Origin: Malacoraja senta
Taxonomy: Eukaryota
Assembly (NCBI GenBank): GCA_038087875.1
Contig: CM075988.1
Coordinates: 10,852,001-10,916,000 of the forward strand
Direction: 5' to 3'
Length of the DNA stretch: 64,000 nt
The translations under genes were made by a program, and so were the position numbers. The stretch's first letter is position 1. The number at the start of each line of letters is the position of its first letter. Positions 12,590 to 24,924 of this stretch are shown one piece after another. The notes beneath the pieces are model-generated. The model did not search any database. It saw only the letters and a list, made by a program, of their open reading frames with translations, and was not told the origin of the DNA.

Positions 12590-12795
12590 GTTCATATGTT
12601 TTTGGGGCAGTATTAGGGCATTCGGCCCATCAATTCTACTCCGCCATTCTGAGAATGAGAAAATCCTCCTCATCTCCTTTCTGAAGGTACCCTCTTTTAT
12701 TCTGAGGCTCTGGACTCTGATTCTAGATTTTCCCACTAGTGGAAACATCCTCTCCACATCTATCCAGGCCTTTCTCTATTTGGTAAGTTTCAATG
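12590..12795 (-). mobile_element. CR1 3' fragment
   Basis: ERMFPLVGKSRIR..SLRIK..FRKEMRR on the minus strand plus a CR1 tail. Confidence 0.75.
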
Positions 12796-14754
12796 CCCAG
12801 AAGGTGGAAAGAGGTTCCTGTTGAAAGCAAATATGTGGCCTGTTTCTGTCCTATAAATAATTTTAATGCCTTGTTAGATTCTAGATCTTGGCTTTGCAAA
12901 TTGGAAGGAGTGTTGTGCCCAGAGCTAGAAATGCAAAGTTTAAGGTTTTAAACATCTCAAAGTTTCCAAAACTATAATGTTACACTTTACTTTAATCCGA
13001 TGAGATATGAAAAGTTTGTGACTTTTCTGCAGTTGTTTCGTGCTCTCTTTCCATCATACGAAAGGCCAAATATTGATCAAGAATGCACAAGTAAAATTTG
13101 ACAGCTAAAAATGCGATGACCTAATTCTGCCAAAGAGAAGCCCGAGTACCAAATATTGTAAAACACCAAAGACATGCTCTGGGGAAGGACTGTCTTGTGC
13201 AAGGATCCCAGGCTTGGGTTGCCTATCATGTTCCAAGCCCAGGAGATTGTGTATGATGGAATAAGCATTGACACAAATGAATTTCCACAAAGGATTTCCA
13301 CCACAATCCACTATCATGGTGCAGTATGCGGAATAAATGCGTTAGAGAGTAGGTTAGTTGTGAGTGTGGAGCTTAGATGTTGATCAGAGAGAGGACCACA
13401 AGGTGTTGGGATGTGAGTGGAAGATTAGCACTGATTCTGATGTTATTCAGTTCTGGCTGCATAGATAATACGGCAGGAGAGGGGAATTCAACATGTGGCT
13501 TTAGAAATGATTGGTGGGGTAGATAAAGTAAGTTGGGGATGTGAGGGAGATGTTGCAAGAGAGATTGGAGAACTAATTGGAGGGGCATCAGTCATAGAGA
13601 GAGAAGAAGAGGTGAGACCTGAAGACATTAATGGAGACAAGAGGGAGTTATGGCAATCAGGAACTATGTAAACTGAAACAAGATATGTCCCTCTCGGGCA
13701 ATAGCCCAGGTAAACTTAGACCCTTTAAATAATGCTGAGAAGGCCTTCAACCTTTAAGTAGATTAAACTTTACACTACTGGTGTGACTATAATGGGAGGT
13801 TCAATTTAGCGCAAGAATTGACAACAAACCTATCAGACACCTTGAGAGGTCGCTGTGCATTCCCAGATGGCTCGGTGCTCATTAACGTCATAAGATTACA
13901 TCTAGGTCAAATTTCAGGAGATCACTAATGGCACCCATAAAATCCACCATATAGTGCACAGAAATCTTCCTGTACCCAACTGAATTACCAGGACACTGAG
14001 TTTTGCACTAATCGCAAGAAGCAAGCTTGTTAACGTTGACTTCCTGGACCAGCAACTCTGGTAATGCTTATCAGGCAGCTGGTATAAATTCATATCAGGC
14101 AGCTGGTATAAATTCTTTGCGCTACCTCATGATTAATAGACCACAGCATGAAAGCAGGCCCTTCAGCCTAACACATCCATTCAGACCAAGATGGCTATCT
14201 AAGCTAGTCACATTTGCCCAAATTTCTGAATAAGATAACCCACAGTTTGAACTGAGAAAAAAGATTATTTCCGTACAATCTACAACTTAACTAATAACCG
14301 ATCGACAAATTCAACATGATTAATTCACCACGGTTCATACCTTCGACATCATACACTATCTACTCAAACCAGGCTGAAAACCACAATGTCCCCACAAATA
14401 TATTCCACACAGAATTTAATACACTGTAAAAAAAAATTCCATGACCGATATTTGTATCAGTAAAGTAATGAGTCACATCTAGATTACTTTCTAAAATAAA
14501 ACATGATTAAACAAGATATCAAGTTGTGATATAAATGCATTGCTTTTTGTGTGCTAAAAATGTATCCTCTCAAGATAATATGTGTGCTTTAGCCAAATGG
14601 TGAATCATAACAACATGTTAATATATTTAAATGGTAGAAAGACTTTTAGGGTAATGTAGATGCAGTGGGTACGAGGCGAGAGGATATGGAACGTTAATTA
14701 TTTTTGGATGTATTTAACAAAGAAATATTAAATACAAAAATGGGTGGGGCAGGT

Positions 14755-14985
14755 CTTCTTCTTGTGTATGGCGTGCACAGCCTAACGTTGTAGGTCAACT
14801 TGTTCATTTGCAGGTCAACTGAGTTTCATGTCAGCCTCACTGAGGTTCAAATGACATGTAATAAATATTGTATTGTATTGTATATTGTATTGTATTGTTC
14901 TCTGATCTTTTTGTTTGTGCACGTCGGGTTGATTGCATTAGTCGAAACAGGGTGGACCACGTGCAGGTCGCAATCTCCCACCCCA
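14755..14985 (-). mobile_element. Short ribozyme-headed non-autonomous retroelement (Ingi/Vingi-like tail) carrying a nested insertion
   Basis: Perfect 10-bp TSD TGGGGCAGGT (14745-14754, 14986-14995); 3' end GCCATACACAAGAAGAAG; nested 89-bp insert 14806-14894 flanked by TTGTTC; no pol III boxes and no ORF. Confidence 0.8.
14931..14984 (-). ncRNA. Minimal 54-nt HDV/CPEB3-like self-cleaving ribozyme fold
   Basis: GGGGUGG-GA-GAUUGCG-ACC-UGCACGU-GGU-CCACCCU-GU-UUCGA-CUAA-UGCAAUC: P1 7 bp with G1.U, P2 7 bp, P3 3 bp, L3 7 nt, P1.1, J4/2 CUAA. Confidence 0.85.
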
Positions 14986-16589
14986 TGGGGCAGGTAAAAA
15001 TGACATATGATTGATATATTTCTTGCGTTGTAATGAATAAAAATAAATATTTGTGTTTAGTAGAGAAAAGTGAGATTGCAAACATCAATAAACTTAAACG
15101 GCGGTTATTTACTTTCCAAAGTTGCTGATTGAAAAATACACAAGAAACAAGGTACAAAAGCATGGGGTGGATATTCTGCCCATTGACAATGAATGGATGG
15201 TAACCATGCCATTAACCTAATTGTACAGTCCATTTGAATAAACTAGTATGACATCGGAGATGAAAATAAGTGACTTGAAATGTCACCATTTGAAGAACAT
15301 TTCTGGCACCACGATAACATAGGGATTACTGGAATACATTAAAGCAAAGTTCAATTTTGTATAGTAGCTGGACACATCAATGTTTCACAAACTTTCTTTG
15401 GTAGCAGTTATTAAACCAAGCCTCATTATTCAGTCAGGTCATGATTGACCTCTATCTCATCGTGTGCGGACGTGGCTACACATCCGGGTTCCCTATCTCA
15501 TATACATTTGCAAAGAGAACTTCATACAGCTTGATATCCTTATCAAATAAACATTGCAAGGCTGAAACTTCCAAAGATCTCTACATCCATTTGCTTTTGG
15601 AGGAGATACTTCAAAGTTTAATGTCTTCTGTGCTTCTTTAGTTTCCTTCTCGCTGGCTTGTGTCTAGTATTAACTTCAAAGCTCAGAGAATATTTTTGTT
15701 ACTATTCTGACCGTTTTTGTTCTTAATTAATTTTAATTTAATCCTACTCATCAGATTTATACCTTGATGGCAATACCAGGATTATCAATTGGTCCAAAAT
15801 GAGGAGACAATTGAAAGTCTACCAGCTTGATCATGGGGCTGGAATCACATTTTGGCCATTCCAGGTAAAGATGGAAGATTGCCTTTCCTGAAGTATATTA
15901 GTGAACCTTTAGGGTTTATAAGGAATACCCTGTTCGTTTTGTTCCATGGTTATTATTAATGAGGCTATCTTCGAAAAAAATAAGTGTATTTTCTTCAGAG
16001 GAAATGGTGGGATTTGAACTAATGTCTAATGGAATTAATGGTCTAAAACATTGGGTACTAGTCCAGTAACATGAAGATTTTTTCAACAGTCCCTTGATCA
16101 CACTTGCTTCCTTCCACTCCAGTTCACTGCACTCAATTTCTCCACTTCACATTTCCCTAAATGACAGGAAGTTTTGCAGTATTTGTACAAATATATTGGT
16201 GAAGTTCCACTCAGAGTGAAACAGGTGCAATTCACAGCCAAGGCTAATATAATTTCCCCATCATGAAAACATTAATCTACGCAGTGCACATTATTTACTT
16301 AATGGCCTGTGATATGTGTCCCAATTCAACAAAGGGACACCATGCTGGAAAACACGAAGTTTGCATTATTTAAAGTGAATCCCCAAACATCTCAGTGCTG
16401 ATTTAATTCTCAGTGCTGATTTAATGCTTTGCAGACTGTAAGCTACAGAGTTCAGCTACCACAATTTGTGACCTGGGTGCAGCCACTGATCGAGAGTCGC
16501 TGGACGACCTGGTTGTGGGGTGTAACGAACCTACTCTATGCTCAAGAGGGGGTCTCCAATAAAGCAATCACTTTAACAACTGCTGACTA

Positions 16590-16965
16590 ATTCCTTTGGG
16601 CCAGTCCGTAAATATTGTTTCAGTTGCCTCAGCTCCCAGCGAGCCATGCGGCAGAAGATCCCAGCGGGCCGGGCCTGTTGGCAGGAAGTCGCCAAGCCTG
16701 CCCCTGTTCAACCCCCGTGGCCAAACGCAAGACCAGGCGGCCCGCAGTCGGCAAGGGAGAGGCTGCCAAGCGGGCCCTGGGTCCTGAAGACCAGAGACCA
16801 GAAGGATGGAGTTGGCGATGACAAAAATGCTGCCAAACCAGTGGACTATTTCTGCACACTTTGCTATATTGGGGATTTTGTTTAGGTATGGGGATACTCC
16901 ACTGGACTGTTTGTAAGAAAGAATTTCACTGTGTACTTGCACATGTGACAACGAAGCACCTTTGA
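16590..16965 (+). mobile_element. GC-rich non-autonomous retroelement with Rex1/Babar-like 3' tail
   Basis: GC-rich body followed by GAATTTCACTGTGTACTTGCACATGTGACAA, a tail shared with other Rex-like ends in the window. Confidence 0.5.
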
Positions 16966-18278
16966 ACTAAGTCGCAAGCAGCAATGTGTGTGTGAAATGT
17001 AAAAGACATGTTTTACCACAATTTAAAGGGAATAAGGCATGATAATACTTTCTTAAAACAAGAATATCCCCATTTGACATCTTTTTAGATGGCATACAAT
17101 TTGGGATTTGCACTAACCTTCATGCATAAAAGATGAATGCAGTCAAATTTCCAGTCAAATTACTGCTAATTCATGATTCTCCCATCAGTAACATCTATCT
17201 CTTCTGCTTCTTGCTATCAAATCTATTCAACATCAAGGATTGTGCACAAAACAAAGGTGGTAGTGAAATCAATCACTGCTGATCTTTCAATGTGCCAGGG
17301 CGGGATTGGCCTGTGATTTTTCAATGACTCTTAGAAACTGCTAGATTATCACAATCAAGAGATTTAATTAGCATGCATCATGTTTACTCATGAGACCAGG
17401 CTCAATCGCATGACAATGTTTTGTCGCACTAATGTGCCTGCATAAGATAACAGATAATGCATCAAGCTTATGAAACAGGGAGTTCTTTTCATTTGCCATA
17501 TCATAATTTGTGTGTGTAATCATTCCAAAGCAACTAATTTAATAGAAAACGATAGAAGCACAATTTTGACCACAGTTGCAAATTCGTGACAAAATGCAAC
17601 CAAAATTATTTTCTGCCCACCTTTTCCCAAATGACCATAAGTGTGTTACAGTTTATCCTGTCATTTCATTACTTGTGAGGTTCATGTCACTTCCATTTAT
17701 GAAAATAGTAATGAACTTCTTGCTGTGAGATTATAGGATGTAATAAACTTGTTTGTCAGAAGGATAAATGGAAAATCCATCTGTACACAAGATCTAATTG
17801 CTTTCAGAGACAATGTTCTTTCTTATTACCATACTGTGATATTCTGATCCACGTGCTTGAAGTCACTGCACCAGGTTATGACTGGTCACAATATTTATTT
17901 AGTGCAAACCCTCAATTTTCTTTCAGAAAAGATTAATGTAATATTTAATAACATAATACCAGAGTGCAGGAAAATATAGAACAATATATAAATCCGGAAA
18001 GATTATAATAAATAATGTATGAATTTACAATTCATCCAGCTTCACCTAAGAATGTTTGTTTCATACAAAATAAATGAATAGACCAGATAGATAGATTTTC
18101 TCTGTGCAAACAATCATTTCAGAGTGAATCATGGATTTAATTCAAATTAAACACTAAACAAATTTGCGGTGTTCCCTCTCTGCAATGTCTGCTTTGTCTT
18201 TTATTTAGTATTTACTCATGTGTATTATTTCAGAAATCCACTAACTTGCACAAAACTAAAGGAACTACTAACCATTCA

Positions 18279-18574
18279 AGTGTAAGAAGGAACTACAGAT
18301 GCTGGTTTACACCGAAGATGACATTTATGACATCGTAATTTTGTTTGAAAAAAGCGAATTATTGCATATTAAAAATTAATGGTTAGTATGGTAATAGACA
18401 CAAAATGCCGCAGTAACTCGGCGGGACAGGCAGCATCTTGGATAGAAAAAATGGGTGACGTTTCGGGTTGAGTCTTCTGTCTGAAGAAGGGCTTCGACCT
18501 GAAACGTCACCCATTTCTTCTATCCAGAGTTGTCTGTCCCGCTGAGTTACTCCAGCATTTTGTGTCTATCTCGG
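18279..18574. mobile_element. Penelope-derived palindromic element with hammerhead core and a captured inverted copy of its flank
   Basis: 13-bp TSD TACTAACCATTCA (18266-18278, 18575-18587); inverted arms; CTGAAGA...GAAACGTC at 18481-18508. Confidence 0.85.
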
Positions 18575-19339
18575 TACTAACCATTCATATTTAATATGTA
18601 ATAATTTGCTTTTTTCAAACAAAATTAACATGTCATAAAGATAATTGATCTTTTCATATATTTTATGTGTCTTGGTTTCTTTATTTCCTCTTGGTAATTT
18701 TGGCAGTTGACATACAGAAAACTAAGAGTCACAAATTTGCCTCATCACAATAACTTGTTCCATCCACTTATGTATGTGCTCATTGTGGATCCTGCAAAGC
18801 CAATATATTCAAAACATGAAGACAAATACACATGAGGAGAGTTTGAAACAAGTGTGTCCTTATCATTCAAATACTCATTACAGACTGCCTGTGGGAAACT
18901 TTCCATAAACATTGTTAGCGCCCAGAGAACAATTAGTCATATGAAACAATCCTTAAAGAAGCAACAGTCTCAAAGCAACAATTATTGTTTACAATCAATA
19001 TTATGGAAAATAAACTGCCTATCTCCGACTGTAATGTTCTTTCTGTGGAGAAGACTATCTGACCTGCATGTGTTTCCAGATACACTCTGAAACAGGGATT
19101 CAGAATCAACAGAAGATCAAATTCCTTGTGACTTTACCCCAGACAATGGTCCAACGTGTTGGAGTTACCACGGAAAATGTGGAAATGGCTGAGCAGGACT
19201 AAGGCTGTGTGCCGATATCTTCACCGTTGAATCCCTCATACTAACGCTTATTGTAGACATGGTCAACATCTGTCTTTACACAAAATTCAAGGTGATCTTA
19301 TGCAGAACTCAGTAAATGAGGAAGCCATTGCTAGGTTCT

Positions 19340-19530
19340 GCCAAACTCATTGGTGTCCCTTGGACTATCTTTGATCGGACTTTACTGGCTTTACCTCGCA
19401 TTAAACATTATTCCCTTACATGTATCTATACAGTGTAAATGGCTCGATTGTATTTATGTATTGTCTTTCCACTGATTGGATAGCACACAACAAAGGCTTT
19501 TCGCTGTACCTTGGTACGTGACAATAAAAT
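19340..19530 (+). mobile_element. Rex1/Babar-like 3' UTR fragment
   Basis: Ends in TTTTCGCTGTACCTTGGTACGTGACAATAAA; similar to the sequence that follows the Rex ORF end at 21430-21800. Confidence 0.55.
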
Positions 19531-20899
19531 ATACTGAAAAATACATTTGGTAAATATATTTATTTGCAATGCTTTCATTTCACATTCACTCATTGTATAT
19601 ATAGAATTATTCCAGGATGGTTTGCTCTCTGAGGATTGAGACCAGAAACTTGTGGAAATACAGCTGCAAGCCAAGGCAGTAAGAATGAAATGTCTTCTTA
19701 TTTTATGGTACTATTCACTTGCCTTTTCACTTCTAAATTATATTTTCTACCAAATTTCTCCTCCTGGCTTATTGCTATGATTTGTTTCAATTTCTAAAAA
19801 AGTGAATCTTGACATTTGTCAGGCTGTACTTTAATAAGACCAACCCAGTTCTGTCCTCATTCAATGTTGCTCTAATGCACTTCCAGTGGAACTAACCTGG
19901 ACTGGGAATTGTTGATGTTCTATTAATTAAGGTGGTGGTAGAACAATTCTCCTTCCTTACCCGTCACCTTGCAATCTGTTGCAGGGATAATTCTAATGAG
20001 CTGATACAATCAAATATCCCTGTGAAGTGAACATTATTGATGGACATGTGGCAACATATTAAATAGTAGAATTTCAGCGGAATACCATTATAATTATAGT
20101 ATCGGAAGCACTCAGCAGGCCCCAACAGTTCCGATGAAAAGATATTGAACAGAAAACTAATTACACCTGTTGTGCACTGCTTTCACCATTTTGTTTCAGT
20201 TTTTGGTCTCAGCAGTATTTTCCCTTTTTAAAAAGAAATATAATAAGTACAACTTTCCAAACTGCAGTACAAATTAACATGCTTATTTATATTTCATTAA
20301 GTATCCCTCCTAAGTGAACATAAAGTTGCAGAAAACAAATTATTTTCTTAAGGGGAACTGACAGATACTTGCAACCAGTATTTACAAAATGTGTTTTAAA
20401 TTAGCCTGGTTCATTTACTTGCTGTGAATTAGTAGCAATTCAGATTCATTTAATAAATATCTAATGATTAAATATGAAACATTAATGAAGGATTAGTCAC
20501 TCTATAACACAAACAGATGAACATCTTTACCTTCATTAGTTGGTAATGCTCTTTACAAGCAGACTAGTTATTGACCCAAATACTGTCACAGCCACTTTCT
20601 TATCCTCATCAACTGTTCCCCACACCAATATATTTACTATGGATTCAAAGGGGAAGTTCCTCCTTTCCACCTTAAAATGGTAAATTGCTGCTACCATAAG
20701 CATTATTGTTCAAGGATAACAATTTCTGGACAGTTTGGCGAAATGTTATCCACTTAATGAGCTGCCAAGAGAACATTATCCAAATCTAATAAGGTTTTCA
20801 TTGATTTTAAAGTGCTTAAGAACACATAATATCAGCAATTTGTCCTGGAGCAGCCACAGTGAAGCTATTGCCCAGGTAGCACACCAACACATGGACTTA

Positions 20900-21186
20900 T
20901 GGCCCTGTCCCACTGTACGAGTTCATTCAAGTGCTCTCCCGAGTTTAAAAAATAATCAAACTCGTAGCAAGCACGTAGAATGAACGTAGCGGGTACGTCA
21001 GAGCTCGGGGATGTCTCTTAGCGGCTCGTAAAGCTAACGGCAGGTACTCGGGAAGACTTGCGAATGGCAGGTAAGCTTGGGAAGACTCGTGAAGATTTTC
21101 AACATGTTGAAAAATGTCCACGAGAGCCCCGAGTACTTACGAGCGGCCATACTCTTTGAATGAACTCGTACAGTGGGACAGGGCTT
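20900..21186. mobile_element. PIF/Harbinger-type MITE
   Basis: 29-bp TIR GCCCTGTCCCACTGTACGAGTTCATTCAA / TTGAATGAACTCGTACAGTGGGACAGGGC; TTA TSD at 20897-20899 and 21187-21189. Confidence 0.85.
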
Positions 21187-21429
21187 TTAGGAAGTTCGGC
21201 AGGTCCCCAACAAGCCTCACCAACTTCTACAGATCAAGTCAAGTCAAGTCAAGAGAGTTTATTGTCATGTGTCCCAGATAGGACAATGAAATTCTTGCTT
21301 GCTGCAGCACAACAGAATATTGTAGGCATAAATACAGATCAGATCAGTGTGTCCATATACCATAGAATATATACATACACACATAAATAAACAGATAAAG
21401 TGCAATAGGCAGTATGGGCGCATACAAAT

Positions 21430-21800
21430 ATTTTATCAGGACATATCACAGCATGGTTTGAGATGGCTCCATCCAAGACCACAAAAAATTGCAGAGTTGT
21501 TAACATATCCCAGACCATCATGCAAACCAACCTCCCATCCATAGAATCCATCTAAACTGCCTCAGCAATACCACCAGCATAATCAAGGACTGGTCTCGCC
21601 CTGGTCACTCCATCTTCTCCTCTCTCCCATCAAGCAAGCATTACAGAAGTTTGAAAATGCATACCTTCAGATTCTGGGACAGTTTCTTCCCAGCTGTTAT
21701 CAGGCAACTAAACCATCCTCTCACCAACTGAAGTGTGGTCCTGACCTCCATCTACCTCATTGGAGACTTGTATCTGTAACCTGTGGATGGCTTGCTTGTG
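21430..21800 (+). mobile_element. Rex1/Babar-like LINE 3' end (decayed)
   Basis: Broken frames read KKLQRV..TIMQTNLPSIESI..SIIKD...PGHSIFSSLPS..DSFFPAVIRQLN. Confidence 0.75.
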
Positions 21801-21879
21801 ATGATTTCCAATTCGTTCTTCACTTCATCTGCTGCAAAAGCAAAATATATTTTCCTTTTTCTGGCATGAATCGCAAATA

Positions 21880-22586
21880 CAATCGCAATCGCAATAATAC
21901 ATACGAGGAATCTAATTTGCCAAGTCAGTCATACAAATAAAAACCAACGGAACACACAAAATACATTTTAACATAAACATCCACCACGGTGACTCCTCCA
22001 CATTCCTCACTGTGATGGAAGGTGAAAAAAAGTTCAATCTCTTCTCTTCACTGCTCTCCCGCGGTCAGGGGCCTTGAGCCCTCCATTGACGGGACGATCT
22101 TGACACCATAGCCGGCAGCGTTTGGGCCCACTGCATTGGGGCGATCAGCTCCTGCAATGGGGGGATGTCAGCAATCGAACCCCGCTTCGGGGCTGGTTCA
22201 GCCTCTGCGTCATTGGAGCTTCCCCACTGCGATCTCGCGAGACTGCGAGCTCGCGATGGTAAAGTCCGCAGGCCACGGTTGGAGCGATCCCAGGCAAGGG
22301 ATCGGCTCTGCTGTTAAGTCCACGCCCTGCAGTGGGGCTCAAGGTCAGCCCGAGGAGACCTCCAGCTCCAATGATGTTAGGCCGCAGAGCGACCGGAGAT
22401 ACGATCCAGAAAACAATCGCAAGGAAGGAAACTGAAAAAAAAGGTTTCCCCCGACCCACTCCCAATCCCCCCACATAAAACAAACCGGAGAACATTTACA
22501 CAAACTTTTAAAACACACTAAAAATAAAAAAAGATGAAAAAACAGACAGACTGTTGACAGGGGTGCCAATCGTGCAGCACCCCTGG
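21880..22586 (-). mobile_element. Non-autonomous GC-rich retroelement (family shared with 36890-37700)
   Basis: Same architecture and blocks (AACATAAACATCC, GGTTTCCCCC...CCCCACATA, AAAACAGAC) as 36890-37700; terminal hairpin. Confidence 0.65.
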
Positions 22587-23349
22587 ATCCAAGACTTCAC
22601 CATCTAGATCCTTATTCTCTATTTTCTGACCCCAATCGTCTTCTATTTGACCTGGTCCATGTTTTTTTCCTCTCCTGAGCAACCAGTCTTCAGCAAAGAC
22701 TGCAACAGCTTTTCTTAATTACTGTTTCCATTTCCTCAGTTGTCATTACTCACTCAGCCTTGCCTTGTCTACATTTTCAATCCTGACCACGTCATTACAC
22801 TATTGTTGGTTAGCCGACTATCTCTATCTTGCAAGTGATGAATACTGATGCCCTATCCTATCTGTCCCTTTCACAATGTCCCTTTCACAATGCTTTACCA
22901 CTGAATATTAACCATCCTTTCCAAAGTGCGCCTGGCCCTGTCTCCCTGAGAGATCCCATCTTTGTCAACTACAACTTTTGCCAAGATCCACAAATGAGAC
23001 GCAACAAATGTTTTCAGTCTATTCTTTGCTAATTCCTTCCAATAAAGTCATAGAGTCATACAGCATGGTAACAGGCCTTTCAACCCAACTTGTCCATGCT
23101 GACCAAGATACCCCATCTACACCAGTTCCACCTGCCCATATTTGGCCCGTATCCCTCTCACCTGTTCCTATCCATGGACCTGTCCAAAATTATTTTAAAT
23201 GTTGTTTAATCTTGACTAACTTTCATTTTCCATTGTCCCGCCCATTATGCAGTGTTCTCTTACCTACACCCCCATTTTTTAAACTTTCCCTTTACATTAT
23301 TATTACCCTTATCCTGCTCCTGATTACTATATTTTAACGCATGACATTT

Positions 23350-24645
23350 TCAGCTCTCATTAAGATGGCACAAAGATGGTACCATCACCAAAGGACGGTA
23401 CCTTCAATTTGTTTTTTGAATATTGGACTAATAGAACAGGTCCCTATCCATCTTTATCCCAAACCATTTGCTGGACATTATTTCACTGACTGACTTTTCC
23501 TGTTATTCTTCTTACATTCTCCAAACAAGAGTTGTTGCTATGGAAATCCATGTGGGCCATAGCTATGTCTGTCTTTTGTGAAATATATGGAGCATTCCTA
23601 GTTCAAGACCTATTCAAGACTCCACCACCACCTCTTGTTTCAGCACATCAATGACTTTGTATGTTAGAGCTGTTTCCTATTCTTTCCAAAACATGTAAAT
23701 TCTCATCAATTTTGCGGCTGAATTCAAACCTTTTCCTGCTTACATGAGGTTCATCCCTGATGCTGTCCTTTGCGTTATCAGCTTCTCCCTCTCATTTATG
23801 GAGGTAGCTACTGACCTTTGGTACTAATAGTGATACTAATGTTGATTAATATAAAGCATATTTATCATTAGGCCATTGACCCCATAATTTCCCTGACGTC
23901 CTCGCAATTAGCTCTGCATAAAGACTCTGCTTTATATTTCTAGTCTCTTCAGCTCCATATGTACTATATTGCCTATTCTTCCCCTCAACTCAGAACATTG
24001 TGTCACTATGGCCGACATGATCTTCAACCATGTCTCTTCCATTTCTTGGAATACTGTTCTTATCCATTACCTTGCCAAACAGAGCAACATGCAGGCTTCC
24101 CTTGCCTTTGCCTTCCAACCCATAAGTTTTGAGGTTTAATAGATCATCCTCTACCAGTCTTGTCACTTCCAACATGATGTTACCATCAACGATATTTGCC
24201 AACCTCTTCCTTTCAACTTTTCAATATTTGTGTCTGTGATTTTCTAGTTCAATTCAATTAGCCTTGCAATACTTTTCATTTCCCACCGTCTCTTCCTGTA
24301 CATAGAATAGATACATCTCATATGTTTCATCACGTCCCTTGCTATCATCCAAGCCTGCAGACTCACCATTGAAATGAAAAGGTGGCTTGTACATTTAAAG
24401 AAGATCAGTGTTCGGCATTCACTACTCACATAGTAATCTTTCCAAAATCAGTGAGATCAACACATTTCGGGATTCCTCCCTTCAGTCTGAGAAAAACAAT
24501 CCTGCACATCTGATTACTTTCATTTATGCCCCACTTCCATTCTCATCTCTCTGCACATGGCCTCCTGGAGTTTTCTAATGAAGCTCAATCAACATTCGAA
24601 TGCTGTGTTGATTTCCGATATGACAGTGTGTTCAACAATTTCCGA
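23350..24645 (+). mobile_element. Decayed Penelope-like element (RT and GIY-YIG remnants)
   Basis: GTTGCTATGGAAATCCATGTGGGCCATAGCTATGTCTGTC (GVAMG..GPSYACL-like), CACATCAATGAC (YIDD-like), and GGCCTCCTG...AATGAAGCTCAA (GLL..NEAQ) downstream. Confidence 0.65.
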
Positions 24646-24924
24646 CCATAATCATTCTTTCCAATTTTTGCAAAACATACATTGGCAATAAAACAAACAT
24701 TAGTAATTCTCCTGAAGGTCCAACTATTATTTCTTTGCTTGTCTCATTTTAACCTTTTTGCTTTGATTGTGATGTTTTCTCATTTAAGCTTTCCTGCATT
24801 GCAACCTATTATGGACCATTCATTAAGTTTTATTCTTCTCTGATTCTATTTGTTTAGGTGCTGCTCAGTCACCATCATGTCCTTGTAAAAATCTGATGGC
24901 ATGACATTGTTCTAAAACAGTAAA

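Noticed and set aside
13100..13660. Cluster of short ORFs / purine-rich tract
   Set aside because: Probably an ancient LINE remnant, but no motif is clear enough to call.
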